A DNA stretch of 64,000 nt from Eledone cirrhosa (GCA_964016885.1 OZ024741.1:58776001-58840000); one strand, 5' to 3'. Counted from the first letter of the stretch, positions 23,240-36,860 are shown. The notes: a model not told the origin generated them from the letters alone. Numbers and translations: made by a program.

Positions 23240-24224
23240 TGGTAGTTACCACAATTCCGGGTTGTATTTATTTTCTTAATTTTTTCTTAAATTGAGACAA
23301 GCGAACCCTATTGTCTATAGTTAGTATTCTTTTCACCTTAGCGAATCTGGTCCCTTACGATTTGAACACATATATATATGTCTATATTCTATTATAATAT
23401 ATATATATATATACACATATATGTGTGTTAAATATATACATTTTTCTCTCTCTTGTATGTGTGTGTAAATATATATATATGCATTTGTATGTGTGTGTAA
23501 ATATATATATATGCATTTGTATGTGTGTGTAAATATATATATATATGCATTTTTCTCTCTCTTGTATAGACATTCGTTATTAATTCCCTCTCCAATCCAA
23601 CTTACTTCTCTACACAAAAGAAAGCAAGCAAAATTTAGTGCTGCTGTTGTATCAGTAAAAATTTTAAATCAATCTTCAAGTCCTGTGTGTTCACATTACT
23701 CTAGAATATTATTGCAGAAACATGGCATTCTATAGAAAAAGATAAGTGGCATTATTTAAAATCTGTTGAAATCTTCAATTCACTATTATTGTGATGACTG
23801 TGTGTCTAACATACTTACTTAAATAGCACGTCATATTAACAAACAGTACAACTTATAATCAGCTTACACTATCAAACCAAAGCACGCAAGAACACACAAA
23901 AAAGGTAAGCTACTGACACGCCAAGTGTGTAGGCTGGATTTTCAATTCTTGGTTGAATCTAATACACTTCGTTTATGATGTTCATATTGTTATTGTTTAC
24001 GTGTGTATTGTGTACTTGGTCAGTTTCATCTGATGAAATTTAGCAAATACACTGTTTACTAAAACACAATGACCATGCTGAAAGAATATTAATATAAATC
24101 TATATATACAATACTCTGTTTTTAACATTTTTTTCTTACTCGTGCGAAACTACAATTGCCAGATTTGAACATAATATTAAGGTAGAAATGATTCTTTAGT
24201 TTAGTCAAGTTTATGACAACCTTT

Positions 24225-24435
24225 CTAATGCTAGTGCCACGATAAAATGCACCCAGTACATTATGTAAAGTGGTTGGTGATCGACAAAAAACTATATTGG
24301 GTAGGGAGGACTCTTCAGTGCTGTTTCCACGATAAAATGCACCCAGTACATTATGTAAAGTGGTTGTCAATCGACGAGAAACAATATAGGGTAGGGAGGA
24401 CATTTTAGTGCTATTGCCACGATAAAATGCACAGT
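24225..24435. repeat. about 2.3 copies of a ~90-bp tandem repeat
   Basis: CCACGATAAAATGCAC starts at 24237, 24327 and 24417. Confidence 0.85.
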
Positions 24436-24756
24436 CAAATTCCAGCAGATACGTGGAAAATAGATAATTTAATATACATGCCTGTTGCAATATTCCCTTT
24501 CTATTTCCTAATAAATCGATGACGTATTTCGTGTAAAAGTCAGCCCTAGTTCTCTACAGACAACAGATCAGCAATTGCGAATCAATGTATTATCCTAAAC
24601 ATAGATAATTCGATTAAGAAATTAATTTTTCTACTTCATTATGTTCTGATGTACTCAAGTAAAAACCTTTATAAGAGCTATATGGTCTTATGTGTTTTGG
24701 TAGTAGGAAGTATGTTTGATGTGGAGAAACATCGGTACTTTTACTGTAATATTGAT

Positions 24757-24935
24757 AGTACCGGTAGAGCGTCAGACACCATGCTGTGCAGCATTGAGTT
24801 ATGGCCCTTTACGTTCTGAGTTCAAATCCAGCAGAGGTTTGCTTTACCTTTCATCCTTACGGGTTCGATCAAATAAAGTACCAGTAATACACTGAGGTAA
24901 TTGCTGGCCTTGTACCAAAGGTAGAAACAATTATT
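24757..24935 (+). mobile_element. SINE family A with TSD TTACTGTAAT
   Basis: B box GAGTTCAAATCC, 3' end GGCCTTGTACCAAAGGTAGAAACAATTA. Confidence 0.85.
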
Positions 24936-25169
24936 ACTGTAATCCCATGTTTTGTTATTTGTTCAAAGTCCATGAGCTTCTACTTAATTATGCAGTATTT
25001 TGGATTACAGCATGAATTTCATCCCCTTGAAAGTAGTGTCCATGTGATAGTAGACCCCACAAATTTTAGCTAAAAAGAATAATTTTTAAAATGCGACTTT
25101 TACAGTGATTAAAATAAAATGTAAATTTTTACAGTTTAACCCGTTTCGCATTGGATGTGAAATTTGTTT

Positions 25170-25680
25170 TTTTTATGACTTTTGATGTTTCGAACAAAGC
25201 TGACCTTCAAAAATGTCGGAAATTATTCGTGTTGTTGACTGCTGGAAAGGAAGGTATTTTTATTTTATTATTATCATTTTTTCTTTTCTGCAATTACACC
25301 CGTCTCACTTTGAAAGTGAAACTTATGTTTTTCGTATTGTTTTTCAAAGAATATGGTCTCTAAAACCGTTGGAAATTATAAGTTTTTTTTTAGTTAACTG
25401 AGAGAGAAGTCACTTCCCACCCACACAGTTTTCGGTGGTTTGAAAGCTAAATTCGTTCAAAACACATCAAAAACTATAGGGAAAATATGAAGTTCACTTC
25501 TAAAGTGAGACGGGTGTGATATTCACATCTAACTCCGAGGGTGCCCATCTCTAACCTAATTAACTAAAAAAACGAATAATTTCCTATAATTTTGAAGGGT
25601 AGATTTGTTCAAAGCGCACCAAAAATTATAGGACAAGTAAATTTCACTTCCAAACGTCAGACGGATGTAATTTAAACATT
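25170..25680. repeat. fold-back region of nested imperfect inverted repeats, probably a non-autonomous DNA element
   Basis: ACACCCGTCTCACTTTGAAAGTGAA (~25296) vs TTCACTTCTAAAGTGAGACGGGTGT (~25493); TTTTGATGTTTCGAACAAA (~25180) vs TTCGTTCAAAACACATCAAAA (~25452) and ATTTGTTCAAAGCGCACCAAAA (~25603). Confidence 0.5.
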
Positions 25681-26464
25681 GACGAGATAAAATCATTTTT
25701 AGAGTAAAAACGCTGAAAAGAAAATTCCTGGGAAGCGTGCCAGGGTCGTCAAAGGAGGTCCTTTTTTTTTTTGTAAATTTCAACATCAAATTCGCAGAAG
25801 TATGGGATCTCGCCCGAGATCGAACAGCGTGGAACATCATGGTTCATCAAACACTGATAGTGATGGTACAAGAGAGAGAAGTTTGAGTGAACAGTTAGGA
25901 AGAACTGAATGAAGAGAGATACATCGCAGAGAATTATATTTAGTTTTGGGTTGAATCAAAATGCATGAAAGTTGCTTTAAAAATTGACGATGAAAGCTTG
26001 GTTTTAATGAAAGTGTATTAGCATTCAAATATTGTAGATTGTTCTTTGTATTTTAAATCGAAGACATACATCGCTGAACTATTCATTTCATTGATATAGT
26101 ATCAAAGATTCTTAAAGTAGTTGACATAAACCTTTAGAAGTTAACAGGAGTGGGGGTTAAATTTATTAGTTTGTATTTAACAAAAAATCGCTGGATCATG
26201 TAGACAAGCTGCCATGGTTTTTAGCCATTACCTGTATTATTTATTTTTAAAATCAGAGAAGCGCTTTGAACATAAATTGAGGTGATTCGCAGATCAAACT
26301 CATAAACGTAATCTCCGTGCCTACTAAACACACCCTTCCATTTAAAAATAATTCAAGCACTAAAGGTATGTTTGCATTAGAGTCGACAAGCACTGCCACC
26401 AAACTAAATGCTCTAATTTTCAGCTAACACTTATATATAAACAGGAACATGGAATTGATAAATG

Positions 26465-27990
26465 TGTCCGAACACGGAAGAGCCGAACTCCCACTGCCTC
26501 CATCTCTTTCACCCTCCCCATCTCTCTGTATTATGAACAAATGGGGTCCCACGTGCTGGCCGCATCACGGTCCCGGCAGACAGAATGGAGAAGGTGTTTC
26601 TCCGGAGGAAACGAATCTCACACTTGCGGTTAGCCAGCTCAGCAGGGAGGCAGCCCTGGACCAAGGACACCAGAAGTCTCCACTGCTAGGGGCACGACCG
26701 CAAACCTGACGGATCGATACTTGGAGAGTTTGCCCTCCTCAGCCGGAAATGCAGCAGAACCTGGGTTAGTCACAGACTGCACCAGTTCGCGGCTAGAGAA
26801 AGTGTTGCCTCAAGTGGCATCACAGATGAGGGGGTTTACCACCGTGGAACGGGAAGATGGTCATACGGTCTGGCCTTTTGCCGTCCCCTCGGTCCAGCCC
26901 CACCGGCTCGAGCGGGGAGGGGAAGTCTGCAGCACCCAAGCTGTGCTTTATAACCTCGTTGAGGGTGGCATGGCATGAAAGGCGGCCGGCACTGTAGCGA
27001 CAAGAGAGCGGGTGGAAGCTGAAAGAGTCCACGGTGAATCCGCAGCGACATTTGTGTGGCTCGCAGATCCGGAGGCCAAGCCTCAGGGAAACCCTGATGC
27101 GCAGGCTATCGTTGTCCAGCTGCGTGCCAGTGGAGAAGGAGGGTAAGGCATGGAGCCAGGCAGCTGTGGAGCTGTGAGGCGAAAACATGCAAGGCAGTAC
27201 TGGTCGAGCTGGCGCGCAAGCCTGTCTGAAGCCAGGCTGCACTGGATGGCATCCCAAATACTCTGGGGGGACTTGACGTCAGCAAACGGAGAAGGAGGAG
27301 GGACGTCTACTGGGCTAAGTCTAAGCCGGTTTCACGTCTCGCAAGCGGCCTCACGTTCCTCGATCACAGTGGGTTTCAATGTGTTTAGGAGCACCCTGTT
27401 GACGAGGATGCAGCATGAGGTTACCGACGAAAGAAACGCCAACAAAGCCAGCGAGATCGGGGACCGGAGGCCAAGGTCACCATATCTAACAGGTAAGGTA
27501 GCCTGTTGCTATCGAATGTCGTCAAACCTGACGTTGCATATCTTCTCAGCTGCTGCTCGGATACAAGTGTCGAAATCAGCAAGGCGAGATGCGTGGCACG
27601 GAGCGCTGCGAAGGGTATAGCGGAGCTTCGGCATGGCGAAGCAGTTCCTCAACAGGAAGAGGGCTGGGTGGGCGTCAATCATGCCCAGTCGGATCGTGAG
27701 GGTTTGAGTTGCTGGAGCCTGGACCTGATGGGGGAGTGGATGGCCGGCGGGTGGATCGGTGACCCGAGGATGAGGACATCCTCTTTGGAGGTCACCTGTA
27801 CTTGAAGGAAAATAGACCACACGTCCGAAACGCAGGTTGCAAAGCTCTCAGCATCGTGGTTGACATTCACCACCTCCGAGTTGGACGAGTTGACCTGGAG
27901 GTTGATTGTCACCAGAGCAGGAACTATCGATTGTAGGTCGTGGCAGACAGTCTCTACGGGCCCGCTCAACGTAGCACCATCCAGGTCTTA
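26465..27990 (-). mobile_element. CRE-clade RLE retrotransposon, degenerate and 5' truncated
   Basis: Decayed RT DLDGATLSG, ILGSPI, LLRNCFAMPKLRYTLRSAP, AWLHALP..LRLG..CRCG..HPLSC, LEPVGLDRGDGKRPD; GC-rich. Confidence 0.8.
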
Positions 27991-28129
27991 AACACTTGTA
28001 AATTAGTTGTTTTGTAATTTTATATTGCATTTATAGTTTACTAATCCTTTTCGCATGTAGGTTGTATTAAACACTGGGAAATCAGTTTTGTTTAATAATT
28101 TATAGTTTAGTAATTTCTTTCATGCCGCT

Positions 28130-28330
28130 CTGATATCATGAAGAGGAACCATGACGTAGGCGGCTTCCAGTCACAACTGGAGCCGGCCGTGTGCCGAGGT
28201 GTCTGTTGCAGCGGGTGTTGCTGGCCATTCTCCATGGCAATGCCTTCGCCATTCTGTCTGCAGAGCACGGCTGAATCCCCACTTAGACTGGAATATAGAG
28301 TCTGTCCCTCCTTCCCTTACCTTCGTTGCT
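28130..28330 (+). mobile_element. 3'-end fragment of a CRE-like element
   Basis: Translates LLQRVLLAILHGNAFAILSA, the xxGNA end motif of RLE elements; TCGCCATTCTGTCTGC resembles the minus strand at 26576-26600. Confidence 0.55.
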
Positions 28331-28364
28331 TCATTATCTTTTTTTCCTTTTTTATATTAATGTT

Positions 28365-28545
28365 ATAATTGTTTCTACTTTTCGCACACGGCCAGCAAAT
28401 ACCCAGTACATTACTGGTACTTTATTTTATCGACCCCGTAAGGATGAAAGGCAAAGTTAACCTCAGCGGGATTTGAACTCAGATCATAAAGGGAGGTAAC
28501 TCTATGCTTCAAAACATGGCGCCCGACCCTCTACCAATCCACCGT
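28365..28545 (-). mobile_element. SINE family A
   Basis: Same body; flanking repeat TTATAAT. Confidence 0.85.
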
Positions 28546-30147
28546 TATAATGTTATCTTATGGCATACACTTTGGTAACATTTATTTAATTAAAGTAATT
28601 AATTCCTTTCTCAAGTAAGTTGTATTAAACTCTGAGAAATTAGTTACGCTTCGTAATGTTATATCCTATTAATTTGTTTGGAGGTGAATAGAAATTAAAT
28701 TTTGCTACAAAAGGTCATTAATCTAGTAAAAAGTTTGAGGAACCCTGTTCTATATCGTTACACTTATTATAAGGATATACAGGTACAGCACCGGTTTACC
28801 GGCTGTTGGGCTAGGGTGCTGGAAGCGAGGGAACAGTGATGTCACATCAGGGTTCGCGTGCCTGTCGCTTGCTCTTTCGTTGGGAGGTGGTTCGGTCTAG
28901 ATGTGATATGATTGTGTGTGAGAGACGGTCTCTATTTTCTTGGCCGGGTATAAGATACGTGGACATCTACACAGAAACATTCAGTCCCGACTCAAGTGGA
29001 GACGCAGGGGTATATCTGTTCATTTCGTCACTACAGCGGTAAAGGGTGGTCCAGACATATTTCGCGCAAGCACTTGAAATTCCCACAGCTGCGAGACTAT
29101 CATCCATATATGGTGTTGTATGTAGTTAACGCTTATAGTATGTGCGTTATACTCAGCGGTTGATGATAGCTCATATTTGGGAGATTCTTAACTTATTTTG
29201 ACCCAAGCTATAACTTCTAGATACGAGTGTTTGTGGCAGCGTCAAACTTAAACGTCAGTTCATATCAATTCAAGTGAACGTTGAATTGTTAGAAAGAAAC
29301 TAATCCATGGAATTCCAGTGTGTAAATTTTATAAAATTTACAGTTTTGGTTCACCAATTGTTTATAATATAAAGAAGGTAAGGGAAAAACTACTGAAATT
29401 CCATTACAGGTGTGGGGAACCATTTAATGCTGGAATGCAGCATTGAAATTAATTGACACTGAGTCTGCATTTTGAAAAAAATAGTTTAGTTAAACCTCAA
29501 TTATTTTACGATATATAATTACAAATGCATATATAAGTGGATTTTTCTACGTATTATAATTAGTTGAAAAGTCAGGCGTTAAATAAAACGAAATCAACAA
29601 AAATATACTCCAATACGAAGAGTTCGTCTACGAGTTACAATTAGTTAAAAAGTTAAATGAAATAGAATAATCAAAACTATATTCCAGTATGAAAGTTACA
29701 GTGTGGCTTTTAGGTTGCCGTTTTTCCACAACCAAATTAACATTAGGAAAAACAAATGCATGATGGTAAAAGTCCTGAACACGATTGAGAAATTATGTGG
29801 TTCTAACACAATGTCGAAGTTATGGAGTAGAATTGGAGCTGACGCAGTTTAATTGTACTGGTTTGAATGATTTTCAAACGTATGAAGTGATATGATAGTC
29901 AAGCATTCATATTTCTTTCTTTTAAACTGGTGGTCTGGTATCAAAAGGGTTAAATTGTAGGCTGTGTTGAACTTCCGTCAGACACAATGATGAGTGTTCC
30001 AGCTAATTTGATCTATGGAATTATCTGCTCATGAAATTAACGTGCAAATGGCTGAAATGTGCACCTTTATTGTAGTTCTCATGGAGATTCGGAGTGACAA
30101 GATTATTGCAACCACTGTATACCTATTGACGCAGGTACATTACTCCT

Positions 30148-31062
30148 ATATTCGGTGAGGATTAAACTTTTTCTTCCACAACTTAGTAAACTGCTAGTCA
30201 TACAGTTACATTGTCCGGAGTATTTTGTACCAGTTAAGGGGGAGCTTCTATGTGGTCACTCGAATCGTTCGAAATAGCAGTCAAAACTCTCATAACTTAC
30301 ATCATACTGTAAACGACACGGCAGAGCTGTTTCTCTTTGTCTCAGGATGCCACCAGTGGTCTGGAAAGACTGGCCAACTTGAGGTTAAATAAGAGAAGTT
30401 TTTCTCTAATCATTCTACTCTGGTTTCTCGGAAGAGAAGGCTAACTTTGAGTTACAGAGAGGATTTCAAGCAGTTAAGATGTAGTTCACTGTCTCACACA
30501 GACCCTGTGGGTCTCTCTCCCAGACAAACGACCATCATCTCATTACAAAAACGGTAAATACCATATCTTAAACCATTGCACACACGCATATATCGCAACT
30601 TAAACCTTGTTTTCATTACATTGTCTATGATAACTTCGTAGCAGACTATTAACTTAATAGATATATTTCAGTAGCGACTATGCTTTTACTTTTTTCATTT
30701 CTCGGCATTTTATATTTGGCTTATTTGAGACAATTTTTACCTACTTCAATTTTTACCTACCCAGCAAGCCAACAATAATCACTACTACAACCTCTGCCAC
30801 GCTCAAATGAACAACAACAAATACAAACCGATTCATCCATCGCTACATCGACACAACAAACATTCAACTTCACTCTATTTCCTTTTCCCTACATATTGTT
30901 CGATGAGGATTGAACTTTTTCTTCCACGACGTAGTAAACTGCTAAGTCATACAATTACATTGTTCTGAGTATTTTGTACTAGTGAAGGAGGAGATTCTAT
31001 GTGGTCACGGGAATCGTTCGAAATAGCAGTCAGAACACTCATAACTTACACCATACTGTAAA
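30148..31062. repeat. two diverged ~165-bp direct repeats (30148-30313 and 30897-31063)
   Basis: TGAGGATT.AACTTTTTCTTCCAC..TTCTATGTGGTCAC..GAATCGTTCGAAATAGCAGTCA..CATACTGTAAA occurs twice. Confidence 0.85.
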
Positions 31063-31082
31063 ACCCTCATATCTCTTCATTA

Positions 31083-31292
31083 ATTAATTGAAATAAAAAA
31101 AGGGCTGTGGATTGGCAATATCGGTAGAGCGTTAGTTACCATGCTTTGCAGCATAGTTATGACCCTTTGCGTTCTGAGTTCAAATCCCACCGAGGTTAAC
31201 TTTGCCTTTCATCCTTACGGGGTCGATAAAATAAAGCACCAGTAATGTACTGATGTAATTGCTGGCCTTGTGCCAAAAGTAAAAACAATTAA
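31083..31292 (+). mobile_element. SINE family A
   Basis: TGGCAATATCGG A box, GAGTTCAAATCC B box, flanking AATTAATTGA repeat. Confidence 0.88.
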
Positions 31293-31814
31293 TTGATTGA
31301 AGTAGAATTTATTTCATCAGAAATATAGTTACGAAAGGATAATTCCAGATTAGCCATGATCCAACAGACCTATGATCAAATACATTCCAGTCAATGCACC
31401 GTAGGCGACTGTCTAGTTCGCCTTAACGGTAGCGCCAGCCGTGTGTTTACAATAGAGAACAGAGATAGGTCGTTGGACTGGAAAGGAACCACTAAAAATT
31501 AAAACGGTTTGTTTTTAACATAACATACATTTTGTTATGTTACAGTGATGACACTAGAATGTTTATTATAGTGGAGTGGACTGGAGTAAGGTGTAGGGAG
31601 GAGGAGGGTGGCCATGAGGGGGCGGCAGAAAACAGGGAAGTGATACCCTTAAAAAACACTGACACAAAACAATGTTCTGTATAAGAGAATATTTCTAGAA
31701 ATAGGTGACTGATTTATTTTTTCTGGCTGTTTACTTTGGTGAAGTAGGAAAGAAGGAACTGATGGAATTTCAAAGTTAAAGGAAGATTCTTTTAGGCCTA
31801 CTTAGCCACCCACA

Positions 31815-31866
<52 letters not shown>

Positions 31867-32409
31867 GCTTGTGAATATGTATGTATATATGCTTGTGAAT
31901 GTGTATGTATGTATATATATGTATATATGCTTGTGAATATGTATGCTTTCACAAGCACGCACACACAACCTACAAACATACCTAAACATCCTATACGTGC
32001 ACATGTACATACACTTGTGCACGTTCATACATATAACCATACATTCATACTAAGTCAACTCCCCCTACCTACCTACCTGCTCACCGGTTCTGTAGAATTA
32101 GGAGGAACAGTCAGTCAAACATCCTCCAGTCCACCCACCATTCTTAACAAAAAGCATTCCAATGCTACCCAGGTAATAGTAGGTCTTCGCCCCTCCTCCT
32201 CTTTCCCCCTTCCCCACTCTCACCCTCCTTCTCCAAAATAGATTTCTTTCACTGAAGTGAACTCAGCCATAAACAATGACAACCAATTTGTAAAGTTGTA
32301 AAATGATATTTTTTCCCCTTTAGTTAATACTGTCAGTAGGTGTCAACAGAGTTGAGAGGCAGATGTGGTAATGGTAGTCCCACACCTTTTCCCTGACCTC
32401 TAGGGTCCC

Positions 32410-32985
32410 AGTGCTACCATTAGATCAGCAAAGCAACAGAGCTTGTGTTTGTTCCAGCTCTCCAAGGTCAACTAGATAGCAGAGTTAGTGGTATTTGTTT
32501 GGGCTCTTCAGGGCTGGTGCTACCACAAGGTCAACTAGGCAGCAGAGCTAGTGGTATTTGTTTGGGCTCTTCAGGGCTGGTGCTACCATTAGGTCAACTA
32601 GGCGGCAGAGCTGGTGGTGTTTGATCAGGCTCTCCAGGGCTGGCTCTACCATTGGGATAACTTGGCAACAGAGCTAGTGGTGTTTGATCTGGCTCTCCAG
32701 AGCTGGTTCTACCTTAAGGTTAACTAGACAACAGCTAGTGGTGTTTGTTTGGACTCTACAGGGCTAGCTCACCATCAGGTTAACTAGGCGACAACTAGTG
32801 GTGTTTGTTTGGGCTCTCCAGGGCTGGTGCAATCATTGGTATAACTTGGCAACAGAGTTTGTGGTGTTTAATCAGGCTCTCCAGGGCTGGTTCTACCATT
32901 AGGTCAACTAGGCAATAGAGCAAGTCGTGTTTCAACTGGTTCTCTAGGGCTGGCTCTACCATTAAGTTAACTAGGCAGCAGAGAT
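32410..32985. repeat. ~60-bp minisatellite, about 10 diverged copies
   Basis: CTACCATTAGGTCAACTAGGCAGCAGAGCTAGTGGTGTTTG..GGCTCTCCAGGGCTGG. Confidence 0.9.
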
Positions 32986-33274
32986 GGAAAACTAAGCATT
33001 ACATTATTTAAGGCAGTACTTCTCAACCTTTTTTTTTCTACCTATGGCGTCCTTTGATTCCATAGATATTGGATATTTAAAAAAAATTATTTCTTTCTAC
33101 CCAATGCCAACCAAAGTCCCCAATTCACATCCTGTTGCGAAAATATACTGGAAACAATATTCTTGTGTGTGTGTGTGTCTGTATTTCTAATGCAATACAC
33201 TCTTGATAAAAGGACAGACTTTTGTAAGAGCAACATCGACTACAAGCCCGTCCTCTTATCAATAACCTGTATTA

Positions 33275-35025
33275 TTCTTCGCCTACTTATTCCTAAGAGG
33301 ATTGTGGAGGCAGAGTCCTCAAACACACCATCCAGCAAGTCCTGTCAAAAGCAACTGTTTCCAATTGATCTGGCTGGATCCCCAAGTAAGACCAACCGAG
33401 CACATGGATGTTCTCCAACCATCTTGCTCAGTGTCTACCTCTGGGTCACTTGCCGGTTGGTTTTGCCTGTAAAATCTGTCCAGCGATTCTTTCCTGATAC
33501 ATTCTAACCATATGCCTGTAATATCGGAGCTGTGATCTCTCAATTTGATGAAGTAGCGACTCTACCTGGAGCAACTCTCTGATCCCCAAGCTCTGCACTC
33601 TATTGAGTAACATTATTTAGAAGAATCCCTTTACAGTCTGAGTTCAAATCCCGCCGAGGTTAACTTTGCCTTTCATCCTTACGGGGTCGATAAAATAAAG
33701 TACCAGTAATGTACTGGGTAATTGCTGGCCTTGTGCCTAAAGTAGAAACAATTATTTAGAAGAATCCCATTTCAGCCACTTGTATTCATGATCATATTCA
33801 ATCGATCATTACCTAAGATTCATGACCATAGGAAAGGGTTGACATAAAACAGAATTGAAGAAAGCAAGTTTGGCTTTTACACCTACTTCCCTTCAGACAA
33901 CTGAGTGCTACAGCTGGCACATTACTACACCAGCTGCTGCAATTCTTGCACTTAATTCAGCCTCCTGTTTTCCATCAGTTATGAAAACGTCCCCTAGATA
34001 CTTGAACTTCTCAAGCTGCTTCCATGGAACTCCATTCACATGTAGAGTGCACTGTGCAGGCTTTCTTGAGAGGATAAGTGGGTCAGTCTTTGCAGCACTG
34101 ATTTCCATTCTTCCCATGCAGCACTCAGCATCAAACGTATCAAGTGCATGTCGGAGGTCATCTTCTGATGAGTTAAGTAATACCATGTCATCTGCAAATT
34201 CTAGCCTACTAATCCTACACTCACCAATCTTGATACTACTTTCAAATGGCTGCATGTGTCAATCCTGTTCATGAAGATTAGGAACAGGAGAGGTGACAGA
34301 CCTTTGGAAGAATCTGAATCCCAGATTGAATGGCTTCAATTTAGCATCATTTATCCGAATGCAAATACCAATGCATTCATATAGAAACATCAGGGCAACA
34401 AGAAGCTGTTCACTCCTTGTACCACAAGTGCTAGAAGGAGGACTTTTTTTCAAGCCAAGCTTTGTAGGCCTCTTTCTTTGCTCAGATGGCATCTTTGACG
34501 TCTTGATTGAACCAAGGGGTTCACCTGCCACCTGGTGCCACACCAAGTTGCTTTTGCCTGCAGCAATTAACAGCTGAAGCAGAAACTGTTAAGCTGAGCT
34601 AAAGAGTCTCCACTCTGTTTCAATGCCTCAGTTTGCTCAGGGAGTTCTCTGAATATGGATGCATTAGTATCCGTATACCTAGTCCTGATTTCCTTATCCA
34701 CCAACGCTTTCCACTTCATCCTGTTGGTCAACCTGGACCAGCCAGTTTTGTGAGCTTCTTTGGCTTTATGTCGCCGCAAGTTGCAAATAACTAAATGATG
34801 ATCAGTTGACAGCTCAGCCCCTCTCTTAACACGAACGTCCAGCACAGAATCAAAGAGATCAGAGACAATAACAAAATTAATTATTCTTTGTCCCTGATTC
34901 CCCTTACACTATGTATGTTTATGGATGTCTCTGTGCTGGAAGCTGTTCATAATAGAGAGTTCATTGCTAGAACAGAAGTCTAATAAGCTCTCTCCATCTG
35001 TATTTAGATTGGGATCGCTATTCCT
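33275..35025 (-). mobile_element. degenerate, internally deleted RTE-clade LINE interrupted by a SINE at ~33630-33752
   Basis: LDVRVKRGAELSTDHHLV (APE end), LEFADDMVLL..EKFKYLG (RT); the SINE has TSD ATTATTTAGAAGAATCCC. Confidence 0.8.
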
Positions 35026-35214
35026 TCTAGTCAGCAGAGGTGTTCTGCTAAAGAATGGGTTGCAGGTACTGGATAGCAATACAACCACTAGATATGATTA
35101 GTTGCAATATAAGCTGGCACCTGCCAGATGAATAAGCAGCCCCAGACCAACAGTGGTAAACTACTAGGGAAAATGGATCAATGGGTAACAGTTTTAGCAC
35201 CTGAGAAAACTCTC

Positions 35215-35895
35215 ACAACCCAGAAGGTGTGCATAGGTAATCAACAGGAAGAGAGTCAGTGATATAAATCTTTTCCAATCACATGAAAGATCCATAGAAG
35301 TGGTTATAGCTTCTGCTATCTAGATGACATAATTTGCAGTGGAGGAGAGTGATCCAAGAGCATAATAGCTGGAATAAGGATAGAATGGTAGGATGGAAGA
35401 AATTTAGAGCTACACCTTCTATTGACAAAATGTTTCTCTTTGCAATTGAAAGGATGACTGTATGATGCCTGTGTGCAAAGTGTGATGCTGCATGATAGTG
35501 AAACATGAGCAGTAGCTCCAGATGATTATTTGTCAGGTGGAGAGTAATGAATATGCAATGTAAACGTGAAAGAAAGGCAGAGCTTGGATCAACTAAGAGA
35601 GAAATTGGGTTTAAGAGGAACCAGAAATGGTGCGCAAGAGAGAAGACTGTGTTGGTATGGAGATGTGATGCTCATGTATGATGGTAAGTGGGTAAAGAAT
35701 GCCAGGAAATCCCAGTGGAAGGAAGCTGCAGTAGAGGTAGACCAAGAAAAATGTGAGCGGAGGTGGTTAGAGCTGATCTCAAATTTCTTAAATTCACAGA
35801 GGAGATGCAGGAAGATGATCAGTGGAGAGATGCTATGTTAAAAATGTCCCATTTAGCCCATGAAAGTATGGGAAAAAGTGGACGTAAAAGTGACA
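35215..35895 (+). mobile_element. degenerate RTE 3' part
   Basis: ERQSLDQLREKLGLRG..ERRLCWYG; 3' end GCCCATGAAAGTATGGGAAAAAGTGGACGTAAAA. Confidence 0.75.
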
Positions 35896-35930
35896 AGGGT
35901 ATAAATATTTACATACACACACATGCACAC

Positions 35931-36338
35931 ATGGTGGCTGCCAACTCGTTTTCGAGTACGGCCACTACTTTATATCCATGTAGGAGAACCCCTACTGATG
36001 CGCTGAACGAGTGTGACTTTTTAGTCCAGCCAGCGACTTGAAAACTCTGGTACAAACACTACACTTGTGACAATTACTGACACATAGTGCTGGGCCCATT
36101 GTACCCTGTGATGACAAGTGCAGAGAGATCTCCAGATATAAAGCAATGCCTGTGCCGTGAAGCTTTTATAGTGAGCAAAGGCACTGCACAAAGCCAGTCC
36201 CACTCTCTTAACCAAGATGATATTTACCAAAAAGAAGAAGTCGTCAACATCATTGGATACCATCAGGGTTGCAGGTGTTATATCAGAGTTATCCTAGAAT
36301 TCTGCCTTGACAAAGGCTAAGGGGTCATCTCTCCTGGA

Positions 36339-36340
<2 letters not shown>
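35931..36340 (-). mobile_element. 3' fragment of a zinc-finger RTE related to 36860-40258
   Basis: Minus strand CSVCTRVFKSLAGLKSHTRSAHQ-stop and terminal TGGCCGTA-CTCG AAAA CGAG-TTGGCAGCCA. Confidence 0.7.

Positions 36341-36859
<519 letters not shown>

Positions 36860-36860
<1 letters not shown>

Larger units (their letters stand above)
21761..23400. mobile_element. non-coding Penelope-like/retrozyme insertion: ~485-bp hammerhead-containing monomer (22917-23400, +) with inverted partial copy (21761-22910)
   Basis: 21761-21850 is the reverse complement of ~22920-23008; 21850-22078 is the reverse complement of ~23183-23395; TA microsatellites on both flanks; no recognisable protein ORF. Confidence 0.8.

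Noticed and set aside
24025-24040. CTGATGA at 24030 (also 5901 and minus strand near 54765) as hammerhead cores
   Set aside because: No stem II-GAAA-stem III-UH arrangement follows
9893-29952. TTAA-CCCTTTTGATACC at 9893 and GGTATCAAAAGGG-TTAA at 29952 as ends of a 20-kb piggyBac element
   Set aside because: No transposase between them; more simply ends of two separate decayed MITEs
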